DNA of 64,000 nt from the human T2T-CHM13v2.0 reference genome, Homo sapiens. This document shows, one piece after another, positions 42,701-55,600 of the stretch (its first letter is position 1; each line of letters opens with the position of its first letter). Position numbers and translations under genes: made by a program. Where the stretch lies: assembly GCF_009914755.1 (NCBI RefSeq), contig NC_060926.1, one strand, 5' to 3'. Below the pieces are notes generated by a model. It saw only the letters and a program-made list of their open reading frames with translations, searched no databases and had not been told where the DNA came from.

Positions 42701-45700
42701 CACAAGAGAAAGCAGGAAAGATCTAAAACTGACACCCTAACATCACAATTAAAAGAACTAGGGAAGTAAGAACAAACAAATTCAAAAGCTAGCAGAAGGC
42801 AAGAAATAACTAAGATCAGAGCAGGACTGGAAGATATAGAGACACAAAAAACCCTTCAAAAAAAATCATTGAATCCAGGAGCTGGTTTTTTAAAACATGA
42901 ACAAAATTGATAGATCGCTAGCAAGACTAATAAAGAAGAAAAGAGTGAATCAAACAGACACAACAAAAAAATGATAAAGGGGATATCACCACCAATCCCA
43001 CAGACATACAAACTACCATCAGAGAATACTATAAACACCTCTACACAAATCAACTAGAAAATCTAGAAGAAATGGATAAATACCTGGACAGATACACTCT
43101 CCCAAGACTAAACCAGGAAGAAGCTGAATCTCTTAATAGACCAATAACAGGCTCTGAAATTGAGGCCATAATTAATAGCCTACCAATCAAAAAATGTCCC
43201 GGACCAGACGGATTCACAGCCGAATTCTACCAGAGGTACAGAGAGGAACTGTTAACAGTCCTTCTGAAACTATTCCAATAAAAAAAAGAGGGAATCCTCC
43301 CTAACTCATTTTATGCAGCCAGCATCATCCTGATACCAAAGCCTGGCAGAGAAATAACAAAAAAAGAGAATTTTAGACCAATATCCCTGATGAACATCGA
43401 TGCGAAAATCCTCAGTAAAATACTGGCAAACCTAATCCAGCAGCACATCAAAAAGCTTATCCACCACACTCAAGTCAGCTTCATCCCTGGGATGCAAGGC
43501 CGGTTCAAAATACGCAAATCAATAAATGTAATCCATCACATAAACAGAACCAAAGACAAAAACCACATGATTATCTCAATAGATGCAGAAAAGGCCCTTG
43601 ACAAAATTCAAAGCCCTTCATGCTAAAAACTCTCAATAAACTAGGTATTGGTGGAACATACCGCAAAATAATAATAACTATTTATGATGCACCCACAGTC
43701 AATATCATACTGAATGGGCAAAAACTGGAAGCATTCCCTTTGAAAACTGGCAAAAGACAGGGATGCCCTCTCTCACCACTGCTATTCAACACAATGTTGG
43801 AAGTTCTGGCCAGAGCAATCAGGCAAGAGAAAGAAATAAAGGGTATTCAATTAGGAAAAGAGGAAGTCAAATTGTCTCCAATTGCATATGACATCATTGT
43901 ATATTTAGAAAACCCCATTCTCTCAGCCCCAAATCTCCTTACGCTGATAAGCAACTTCAGCAAAGTCTCAGGATACAAAATCAATGTACAAAAATCACAA
44001 GCATTCCTATACACCAATAATAGACAAACAGAGAGCCAAATCATGAGTGAACTCCCATTCACAATTGCTGCTAAGAGAATAAAATACCTAGGAATCCAAC
44101 TTACAAGGGATGTGAAGGACCTCTCCAAGGAGAACTACAAACCACTGCTCAACGAAATAAAAGAGGACACAAGCAAATGGAAGAACCTTCCATGCTCATG
44201 GGTAGGAAGAATCAATATCGTGAAAATGGCCATGCTGCCCAAAGTAATTGATAGGTTCAATGCCATCCCCATTAAGCTACCAATGACTTTCTTCACAGAA
44301 TTGGAAAAAAACTACTTTCACATGTAACTATTTCATTTGGTTAATATGGAACCAAAAAAGAGGCCACATTGCCAAGACAATCCTAAGCAAAAAGAACTAA
44401 GCTGGAGGCATCACACTACCTGATTTCAAACTATATTACAAGGCTACAGTAACCAAAATAGCATGCTACTGGCACCAAAACAGAGATATAGACCAATGGA
44501 ACAGAACAGAGGCCTCAGAAATAACACCACACATCTACAACCCCCTGATCTTTAACAAATGTGACAAAAACAAGAAATGGGGAAAGGATTCCCTGTTTAA
44601 TAAATGGTGCTGGGAAAACTGGCTAGCCATATGTAGACAGCTGAAACTGGATCCGTTGCTTGCACCTTGTACAAAAATTAATTCAAGATGGATTAAAGAC
44701 TTACTGTTAGACCTAAAACCATAAAAACCTTAGAAGAAAACCTAGGCAATACCATTCAGGACATAGGCATGGGCAAGGGCAAGGACTTCATGTCTAAAAC
44801 ACCAAAAGCAATGGCGCAAAAGCCAAAATAGACAAATGAGATCTAATTAAACTAAAGAGCTTCTGCACAGAAAAAGAAACTACCATCAGAGTGAACAGGC
44901 AACCTACAGAATGGGAGGAAATTTTTGCAATCTACCCATCTGACAAAGAACTAATATCCAGAATCTGCAAAGAACTTATACAAATTTACAAGAAAAAAAT
45001 CAACCCCATCAAAAAGTGGGTGAAGGATATGAACAGACACTTCTCAAAAGAAGACATTTATGCAGCCAACAGACATGTGAAAAAATCCTCATCATCACTG
45101 GTCAGCAGAGAAATGCAAATCAAAACCACAATGAGATACCATCTCATACCAGTTAGAATGGCGATCATTAAAAAGTCAGGAAACTACAGGTACTGGAGAG
45201 GATGTGGAGAAATAGGAATGCTTTTACACTGCTGGTGCGAGTGTAAACTAGTTCAACCATTGTGGAAGACAGTGTGGTGATTCCTCAAGGATCTAGAACT
45301 AGAAATACCATTTGACCCAGCCATCCCATTACTGAGTATATACCCAAAGGATTATAAATCATGCTACTATAAAGACACATGCACATGTATGTTTATTGCG
45401 GCACTAATCACAATAGCAAAGACTTGGAACCAACCTAAATGAGCATCAGTGATAGACTGGATTAAGAAAATGTGGCACATATACATTATGGAATACTATG
45501 CAGCCATAAAAAAGGATGAGTTCATGTCATTTGCAGGGACATGGATGCAGGTGGAAACCATCATTCTCAGCAAACTACTGCAAGGACAGAAAACCAAACA
45601 CCGCATGTTCTCACTCATAGGTGGGAACTGAACAATGAGATCACTTGGACATAGGGTGGGGAACATCACACACTGGGGCCTGTCATGGGGTGGGGGCAGG

Positions 45701-46367
45701 GGGAGGGATAGCATTAGAAGAAATACCTAATGTAAATGATGAGTTACTGGGTGCAGCAAACCAACATGGCACATATATACCTATATAACAAACATGCATG
45801 TTGTGCACATGTACCCTAGAACTTAAAGTATAATAAAAATAATTAAAATTAAAAAATGTAAAAAACAAATAATAATAGATGAAAATACATTAAAAAAACA
45901 GTATTTGTTATCTCACAGTTTCTGTGGGTCAGAAGTACAGCATGGTCTAGTTGGGTCCATTCTTTCTCTGGGTTTCTTTCAAGGCTGCAATCAAGGTATT
46001 GGCTGGGGCTGTAGTTGCTGGCAGGATTCAGTTACTTATGAGCTATTGGACTGAGTGCCTCACTTCCTCATTGGTTATTATCCAGAAGCTGCTCTTAGTT
46101 TCTTGCCATATGGGTTTCTTCATAGGATAGCTCACAAAATGGTGGCTGGCTTCATTATAGAAAGCAAGAGAGAAGAGAAAGAGAGGTGTCACACTCTTTT
46201 ATAACCTAATCTTATAAGTGACATCTCATCACTTTTTTCATATTCTGTTTGGTAGAAGCCAGTCACTATGTGCAGCCCACACTCAATAGGAGAGGGATTA
46301 CACAAGCATTTGAATGACAGAAGGCAGGGATCGATCGTTTGAGCCATTTCAGAAGGTGCCAGCCACA
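39737..46367 (-). mobile_element. MLT1 LTR split by L1-B (pieces ~39737-39797 and 45895-46367)
   Basis: ttatctattgtagcataataaattaccctcaaacttagtggattaaaacaa continues after L1-B as tttgttatctcacagtttctgtgggtcag...ccagccaca. Confidence 0.85.
39798..45894 (+). mobile_element. L1-B: full-length L1PA (approx. PA6), inactive
   Basis: 5'UTR start ttccaagacagccaaataggaacagctcc; ORF1 and ORF2 fragments (40860-45631); degenerate A-tail. TSD aaaacaatattcgt (39784-39797) / aaaacagtatttgt (45895-45908) at a TT|AAAA site. Confidence 0.97.
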
Positions 46368-47324
46368 TTACTTTCCTAAATAAATGGTCAATTTCTTGCT
46401 TTCTCCCTTAGTGTTTAAATATTGATGAAAACTGGGCTTTTGTGTGGTATAGAAACAGTCTAATTATTTAGTTTCAGTGACTGAACATCTAAACTTATAA
46501 GCAGTAACAACAGACAGCCAAACAAATAAAGCCACCTCCCCTTTTTACCCAGGAATATAAATTTATTTCTTGTGATTGCAGTTCAAACATTATTAGCTTT
46601 TACTTGTATATTTTGTAAAATCACCACATCAATAAATAACCTTAGCTATTACTAGTTTATCTGAGAGATTTTCTTTAGTTAGAAAGGACACTTTGGGATC
46701 TTGAAGTCAAACTTCACTCTGGGACTCATCCTCTAATGGCCACAGAAATAGAAAACGTGCCACCTGCAGACTTTTAGATAAACCGATCCCCATTTCCGCT
46801 GGGTGTGGATATAGCTGCTTTTAAAGGGATCTTTTAAAATTGCATCACGCTTGCACTTCAGTCTCTTCCCTAAATCCTGATAAATAGCAAAGTGCACTCT
46901 TTGGATGGGGGCACGTTTCTGCTGTTAAGATGTTCACACGGAAACCGCGTGCTATCTCTTACAAGTCCTGCCAATGCTTTCATCTTTTCAAATCTAAAAA
47001 GGGCTTAAAGTGGCTTCGTTAAAACCCTCTCTATGAAAAGCTTAAATCCTTCAATAAGTCAGAATGAGGTGTACAGCTACATAAAGGCACCAGAGTTACA
47101 TGATTTTCCAGGTAGGAAATGTAGTGGCTATGTTTTACAGTATTACATTTGAAGAAGAAAGTTTTAATATAAATTTGATATATCAGAGATATCAGCACAC
47201 ACATTTTAATTATACACATAAAAAAATTGGTACAAGTCTTTGCCCTGCATGAATACAGATACAGCATTACCAAGGCAGTTTAATTTGAAGAGCAATCGGC
47301 AAACCAATACCCTAAAAAATTGTA

Positions 47325-47687
47325 TAGTAGTTCACTCTTATCTGCGGGGAATATGTTCCAGGACCCCCAGTGGATGCCTGAAACCATGGACAGTGCCAAA
47401 CCATATATATTTTATGTTTTTCAATCTGTTAACCAACATGTCTGCTAAGTGACTAACAGACAGGGAGGTTATACAGTGTGGATGTGCTGGACAAAGAGAT
47501 AATTCATGTGGGGTGGGGTGGAGCTGGAGTGGGATGGTGTGAGATTTTATCATACTCTTCAGAATGGTGCACAATTTGAAATTTATAAATTATTTCTGGA
47601 ATTTTCCCTTTAATATCTCTAGACCACAGATGACAATAGATAACTGAAACCGTGGAAAATGAAACTTTGGGTAAGGAGGGAATACTG
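47325..47687. mobile_element. MER44-type Tigger MITE
   Basis: TA|tagtagttcactcttatctgcgggg...gacccccagtggatgcctgaaacc ... ggtaaggagggaatactg|TA. Confidence 0.8.
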
Positions 47688-47833
47688 TACTTTCTATCTA
47701 GTACAGGGAATACTGTACTAGTTTCTATCATTTAAGAGGCACCTCTCTGGATGAGTTAATTGTCTCCTTTGTAAATGCAAATGCCTCTGGAAAAGGAAAA
47801 CAAGAAGTATCAGAATCTAGTATCTTTGAGTAA

Positions 47834-47836
<3 letters not shown>

Positions 47837-47885
<49 letters not shown>
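47837..47885. repeat. (TA)~24 microsatellite
   Basis: Perfect TA run read directly from the sequence. Confidence 0.98.
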
Positions 47886-47888
<3 letters not shown>

Positions 47889-49163
47889 CCCCCCCATAGG
47901 ACTATTCCTGACAGATGGCAGAAGGTGAGGGGAAGGAAGCTGATTACCTACCCTAGGCAATGAAGAGTGAGGCTCATGGGGCAGGTAGGTCATTAGAGGG
48001 CAGAAGACACTCTAGAGGGAGATGAAAAAAAACAACAACCATGAATCAGGCATTTATTTCTGTGTTGGATACTGTGTAAAGTGTGATATATACATTGCAT
48101 AATTCAATCCCACATCTCTCTCACATGGCTAGACAGGGCAGAGCTGGGGTTCAAGTTCAGCTCTGTCTGACTCTAAAGGCAGTGCTCTTTTTATCACACT
48201 TTCTTAGAATAAATCTGAAAGTGAAGGTGGGAAGCCCCAAAGATAGAATTGGCAACTTATTTTGTTAAGTGTATGTAAGTTTAAGAGTGAGAGAGCCATC
48301 CCACACTAGAAATAAAATTTCTGCATTACTGTCTTAGAGAGAAAAGAAAAGCCACTCACATTTGGATCCACTTCCCTTTCTGAAGGAAAATGGTTTGTTT
48401 GGTTGTCTTAGATTTTCTGTCTTGCGTGCTCTAGGCCATTTGGCATAGATGGCTCAGGGAATGGTGAAGGGCAACATTTGCTTCTGTGCCTCCTCTCCTT
48501 CCTGCAAATGTCAGACCAAACTACATCTACAGAGGCAGAAGCAAACAATAATTGATGCTCACATAATAATCCTCAGACATCAAGAAAATATCAAATTGTG
48601 TTCATTGACCTACATATAAGAAGGCAAAAATATGCATCCTATATTTCAGAAATAATTTTAATACATTTACTTTTCTAAACATTGGTGCCTAAATCCATTA
48701 ATGTTAACTCATGCTTTGACATACTGCTTAATTACAGAAAACGTCTAAGAGGCATTTGGCATGATTCTCATCCTCAAAGATTTCTACTTTTGCTCATCTA
48801 AAAAGTATTTATCAGGCACCTATTGGATTCTGAACAAAGGTGTAGAGGCTACAGATAAAGCAGTGAACAAAGTCTTCTGGGACAAGAAGGAAAACAAGAC
48901 AAAAAGTTTTAAAAGGCTAGATGTGGTACACAAATGTCTAGTACTATAGGATTGCAGGGAGAAGGGAAGGCCAGAGGAGCAAGCAGGGAAGAAAACTGGG
49001 GGTGGGGTGGGGGCAAATTGGGCTTGGAGAACTTTTCACTTGGCCAAATAGAGACAGATTTTAATTTCCTGAAAAGTCTAAAAGTAAACTTTGAAAAATC
49101 TAACTTATTCTTTCATAATGGCTATCTGATTCACACATTCTTCTCCACAGGTATACCCGCCTA

Positions 49164-49240
49164 CCATCCATCCATCCATCCATCCATCCATCCATCCATC
49201 CATCCATCCAACCATCCAACCATCCACCTATCCATTCATT
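49164..49240. repeat. (CCAT)n microsatellite grown from an L2 tail
   Basis: ccatccat... grades into cattcattc at the L2 3' end. Confidence 0.92.
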
Positions 49241-49860
49241 CTTTCAATAAACACTTGAGTGCCTACTATATGCAAGACAATAGGTTGAGTTCTGTTAATA
49301 TAATGGGGAACAAAAGCGCAAAACCTGCCCCTCATTGAAAGACTTACATTTTGCTGAATGCTACAGAAGAAAAGAACAAAGGGTTATTTGACAGAATACC
49401 TAATGGAAGGCTTATTTTAGGAGGTGGCATTCATGCTTAAATCTGACACATGAGAAGGGGCAGCTAAGTGAAGACATAAGAGAAATGCATTGCACACTCA
49501 GCATTCAGCCTTCATAGGGAACAAAGGTGAGGAGGAGATTAGCATGTTTAAGAAGGGAAACAAGGCCAGTGGGGCAGGTACATTGGGAGTTAGGGTGGCA
49601 ATCATATGCAATTTGAGAGCTGGGCAGGAATTAGACTGCCAGAGTTTTGTAAGCCATGGTAAGGGGCTTAGGTTTTATTCTAAATGCAAAGGAAATCATT
49701 GAGTGGTTTTAAGCAGGCGGTGATCCAATTTATGTTTATAAATATCCCATTTATTTTTATAAATATCATTTTGGCTGCTGTGTAGAGAATGGAATGAAAA
49801 GGGAAGAGAGTGATGAGAGACTACTTGTAGGCTTTAGCTAGATTAGGTGAGGACATCACA
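49230..49860 (-). mobile_element. L2 3' fragment
   Basis: cattcattctttcaataaacacttgagtgcctactatatgc...gccatggtaagggg...ttttggctgctgtgtagagaatgga. Confidence 0.85.
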
Positions 49861-52196
49861 AGCTTTTCACTTGACAAAAGTAACAGATGATAAAAGTAGA
49901 GTCCACAGTACTAAGTTGCTTCATTTGTCTGAAGCACTTTTTAAATTCAGAGATATTCAATCAACTGAACAGTGGGAAGTGGCTTTTCTGGAGATCACTC
50001 TGACCCAATAAACATTCAAAGTCAGTGTCAGTGTAACCCACATTTGCGTCTTCATTCCTGGCTATCCAATACTCTTTCTCTTCTTTTGTCCTCCTCCTCC
50101 TTCTTCTCTTGTTGTTGTTGTTATTATTTTTCTTGTCCTCCTCAATTCCACCAGATAATATCTTTTATCTCATGCTACATCTACTCCCTCATAGTCCAGC
50201 TCAAACATATTCTCAGTCATCCTAGTCAAGTCAAAGGGTAGAGACTGACCACAGTATGTACTATGCACAGAGCAGGAGAAGAATAGTTCTTATATGATCA
50301 ATGAGATTATATCACATTCACCATATAACAACATGCACAAGAAAATAGCTAAGTGATGAGAATTATGATTACCAAAGGAAGGTGAAGTCAATGGGTGAAC
50401 TAGGAGGTGAGAGGAGGAAGTTGCTACAGATAGGAGGAGGGTTGGCCTTGAAACTGCCTATACCAATCATGGACCAATTACAGGGACTATGAGAGAAGAG
50501 AAGCAAATCCTGTTCTATCTTAAGGGCATCTATACCAAAGAGAGGCAGAGGAATGGATGTCAAGGACACAAATTCCCTAGACCGTGTACTAGTCTCTAAC
50601 CCCCATCATGAAGGCCTGATCTTTATGATCTCATCTAAACTTAACTACCTTCCATGGGCCCCATCTTCAAATACCACCATTATATTGGGAGTTACAGCTT
50701 CAAAATAGAAATTTTGGGGGGATACCATTTAGTCCATAGCAGACTGTATAAAGCCCTCTGGGACGTGTCACAGCCCTTTATACTTTCTTTTCATAAAAAT
50801 GATGAAACATGCCTATGTATTATATCATTATATATTGTTACATAAAGTATAATATTTATATTCATTTGTATAACTATTTAATTCATATCTGTGTCTTCCA
50901 TGAAACTAAGCACTGTAAACACAGTGACTGAGGTCTTTGCTCATTATTCTATCTTTAACTGTTTAGATGATAGGTACTCAACACATATTTGCCTAATGAA
51001 TATGTTTAAATATGAAGCGTATCAATTTATATTAAAAAACATTTTGTGATTCTTCATTAATATTTTACTCTTTACATGTATTCTAATACATGTATTTCAT
51101 TGCTAAGAAACTTTGAAAACATTGCCCTATAGATCTACCCAGGAATACCTCTCTCTATAAACTCTTCTATCATTTGCATTATGGGCAAACTGACAATTTG
51201 TAGTGTTACATAAAACCCTCCATAGCTTATATTTGATAGCTTCTATTATAAAAGTTACTTTCAGTCTTTCGGGCTAGAAAACCCTAGCCAGCCACAGAGG
51301 ACCCCCCTACAATCTTCTTTCAATTGATTCTCTAACTTTTTCACTTGTTCTCCTTTAGTCTGCTGGCTCCACCAGAGACGGTCTGCTGGTTTATCTGTTT
51401 CAAAAACATGCCCTACCACTTTGTCCTTGCTGCCTTCCTAACCCTAGTGATTGCATTCTGTGCTGAGCTTTCCCCAAGCTTCACATGCATAATTCTATTT
51501 AATTTTCTCAATGATCCTGTAAGATGGATATTGATATACAAATTTTAGCTGAAGAAATTGTAGGTCAGAGAAATGAAATAATTCACCGAAGATGATGATG
51601 TGGGTAATAAGTGGCAAATCCAAATCTCTACCCTAAAGCCTGTATTCCCCAACATAATAGCTTCACTTTTGAAAGTCTCTACCCAAGTCTACCGAAATAT
51701 TTGAGGGCCAATGTGGATCACATTTCCTCTATAAAGCTGTTGCTATACACTTTAGTTCAGTGAATCATCCCTTTTTAAAAACAATAAAACCTGCCATATG
51801 TACCCTATGTACTAGAACTTCTGTTGAATTCTTACATATAAATTATCTTATTTAATGCTCTCATTGACCTTATGAGTTAGGATAACATTTTAATAGACAA
51901 GAAGCTGGTTTCAAAGTGATAGAGTAATTTCACTGACGTTCTCAGAGTTACAGTAGTTCAGAGAAAGGGCTTAAAGCCAGATCTGTCTGGTCCAAGATCT
52001 AGAGCTTTTACCCTCTTGTATAACATCCCACTTTAGCAGCATCACCTGCCCCACCAGGCATGGCTGGTTATGGGATAATATTTAGCATTTAATTAATGTT
52101 TAGAAAAATTTAAATGACATTATCTGATTATAAATAATGAGAAAGAATGACCAACACAAACACCACAGATCCATGTTAGAGAGTCTGAATTAAGTG

Positions 52197-52650
52197 GTTA
52201 TATTAATTTCCTATTAATCCTATAACTACCACAAATGAAGGGATGTAAAATGACACACATTTGTTATCTTACAGTCCTGGAAGTGAGAAGTCCTAAAATC
52301 AAGGTGTTGGCAGGGCATTCTTTCTGGAGACTCTGGGAGAAAATCTGTTTATTTGCCTTTTCTGGCTTCTAGAGGCTGCCCACATTCCTTGGCTTATGGT
52401 TTTAATAGCTATCTTCAAGGTCAGCAGTGTATTATCTTCTAATCATTTTCTCTGTCTCTGACCTTTATGCCTTTTTCTTAAAAGGACTCATTACTTTGGG
52501 CCCGTTTGAATAGTCCAGGATAATCTCCTTATCTCAAAATTCTCTGCTTAACCATATTTGCCAAGTCCCTTTTTCCAGATAATGTAACATATTTATGTTT
52601 TGGGGATTAGGACATGAACATCTTTGGGGGTCCATCGTTCATTCTACCAC
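52197..52650 (-). mobile_element. MLT1 (C-like) solo LTR
   Basis: tattaatttcctatt...aaaatcaaggtgttggcagggc...ggcttctagaggctgcccacattccttggctt...cattctaccaca. Confidence 0.85.
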
Positions 52651-55600
52651 AGCGGTGGTGGTTTATAGGACATTCTGCTGTCCATGGCTAAGGAGAAGGA
52701 GTTACGGATTTTTTTTTTGATCCATATTATGGCATTGTTATTTTAAGGAAACAGAATAATGTTTCCTTATTCCTGTGGAATATATTTCCTGTGGAATAAT
52801 AGGAATATTCCACAGGAAAAAAAAAAAGAGCTGTAGTGGTGACATTTTAGTCACTGCTACCTACAACATTTTCCAAAAAATTGCCTGTTGTACTAACACA
52901 GAACACCAACCCAGGAAAAATACCCACAGAAATTTCTCAGTAATTCCTTACTAGGGATATAAGTACGGTGATCACACATCCTCTTTGTGAACCTCTTCAA
53001 TCATATTGGAGTGCTAGGAGTGGAGATGTGGCCAAATAGCCGGGCTGGGTCTGCTTAGCACCTCTCCAGCTGAGATGGGCACACCCATTTTTTAAGTTGT
53101 AGAGGATGGCATCCAAGTGACTGACCTACTTGCCCAAGTTTTTACTGAAAGTAGGTTGAATGGTTGGAACTAAATCTGTGGTTGCTCAACTCTCAGTCCA
53201 GTGCTCTTTTCCATCTGACTCACTGAAATCAAGAAATGTTTTGAAATGCAATGGAGAGAAAAGAGGTGTCAGCTAGGAGAGAACAGAACAGACTACAGAA
53301 AGGGGACTTGTGTGGGGAGTTAGCAGAACACCAGATTTCTTTCTATGCTTCAGTTCTAAATAGGGCCCCACTTTCCATAATCTCCTCTTGGTTCCTTTTT
53401 CCTCTCCAAGAAAATGACAGTCTATGGTGGTGGCCCATGGTATTAATGCTTGGCACAGGAAAGGCTAGAGTTGATGGAGGAGTACAGCAAATGCTTTTGC
53501 TCTCACCTCGAGTCCCGTTTGAGTTGTTCGCATGACTTAGAAGTGAAATGGTTAGAGGGGCAAACAAGTTTCTGCAGCCAAAGAAAATGTTTCCATTTGT
53601 CATACAGGATGTATAATGGTATCCAATTTCCATGTGATTAATATTTTTGAAAGTTGGACTCCTAAACTTGAAGTTACTCTACCCTTCCCAATTCTGCAGC
53701 ACAAGCAAAATGCAGAATGCTGAATTTTTTTTTGAGGATTCTATATCAAGCACTCAGAACAAAGATATAGATGTAATTCCAGCATCTTGCAAATAGAGAT
53801 GCAAATAGTAAAAGAAATAGATGACAGGCATTTGCAGAGTAACCTAAAGGAAATAAATCTCTTAGAGAATTTTGAGGTAGTTAATTTTAACTACAGGAGG
53901 TAAGCTGTAGTTGGGTATCTGATTATTGCATTTAAGATCTTGATATCCACATTTGGTGAACTCGGTAAGATAACACTTGAAAAATGTTGGTTTAACAAGA
54001 TGTATTTAAGTCTTAAGAAGCTACATGTTAACAATTTCCACTCCGGAAGACAGTTATGGCTACAGCATAAGAATTTGCTCCAGCCTGTACAACATCTCCT
54101 AGATATATTTATTTCATCCACACTGACACAGGCTCTCTTATTCATCCATAATGACATGGCAGGGCTGATGGTCTTCCCATTCCAAGGGAATTTGCCTTTA
54201 AAAGGAGTCTGAAGTGAATGATACTTTCTACTATAAGTAATGCAGAATCACAGGTAACAGTAGAGAATATATTTGGGAGAAAGAGGATTTTCTCCTGCAA
54301 ATTACATTTTATATCCTGGTATTACATTCTTCCTTACCACCAAAAGGAATTTAAATGTTCATTTCTCTCAGTGTAATATCTAAGTATTTTTCTAATGCCT
54401 CAAATTCTGGAATTAACAGTTGACTTGGGAATGGACAAACAAAGATTGATCAGCTATCATTTTCCAGTGCTAGGGCCAGGGCTGAATCAGCAGCCTAACG
54501 ACCTACAGGCAGCTGGAACACCTGGAACGACATCAAAGGTATAAAGAAAACAATTTCTCATGGCCAGGTCTCAGACTAATTCAAACACAAACAAATTCAA
54601 ACTGATGATAAATTCACTTTGGCTCTAGCTCTTGTGTTAGAAGCATCAAGTCTCTGCCAGGACAACTAGTATGGCTGAAGGGAGGAAGTTAAAACAGCAA
54701 TTAGATGGCACTAATATGGCTCCAGTATAATCTCTTCCCTGGTTTCGAGTCTCTGCCTGCCAGGGCCCTTGGCCACCATCCCAGGGCTTAATTGCATTTT
54801 GCAAGTAGCCATGGTACACTTGCCACTATATCTCCCTAACAAACTTCAAACACAGTCTTCATGTCCAATTCAGCAAAAATGAGCTGAAATACCTCTGACA
54901 GAAAAATGAACGTGTTATCTAGTTTAAAGATTGGTTCAATTAAGAGAATAACTGGTTGTGAAGGGGAAAGAATAAGGGGATAAAATGGACAAATCATAGC
55001 CTTGAATTCTAAAATTTTCAGTAAAGCGCTGTAGAGGAATGGTTAATGATAAGATTTGGGACATTGCTATTGTTTAATGTTTATGTGCATTTTTAGGTGG
55101 AATGAACTTTAAATGTGATTTGACCTTGTGGTAATTGAGGGGCATTAGGGCTTAGCAGAAAGCACACTCTTCTCATTCTGGAAACCACTGGCTTTAAGCC
55201 AGATAAACTGTTTTGTCTCTTCTGTTGTAGTTACTAAGCATATGAACTTGGAGAAGTTCCTTGAAAATGCCACATCTCCATTTTCTCACCAACATATTGA
55301 GCATGAAAAAAATTTTTCTTATCTAATCTGTGGGGTTGGTTACTAAAATACTTACACAATTACAAAATGAGTTTAAGGTCTTATATTAAAACCTAACTAG
55401 TAAATATTTTCAGTAAGTGTTTCTTGTAAAATAAATGCATGTTTATCAAATGCAGTCATCAATAGAATGATGTAGAAAGCTGGAGGAAGGTAAAGAAAAT
55501 GGATAAGTTTTATGGACGACAATGACATGGCCAAGAAAAACACATTGGGAATTTCACCTCTTTGTGCTAGTTCTAGTAGAATAGGCAAATCTTATTTTTC

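Noticed and set aside
39798-45894. Active L1
   Set aside because: ORF1 and ORF2 are fragmented, the RT motif is mutated (IAYD in place of FADD), and the YY1 site is altered.
47775-49338. Repetitive peptides ([14 protein letters not shown]) in ORFs 47775-47963 and 48934-49338
   Set aside because: These are translations of the (TA)n and (CCAT)n microsatellites.
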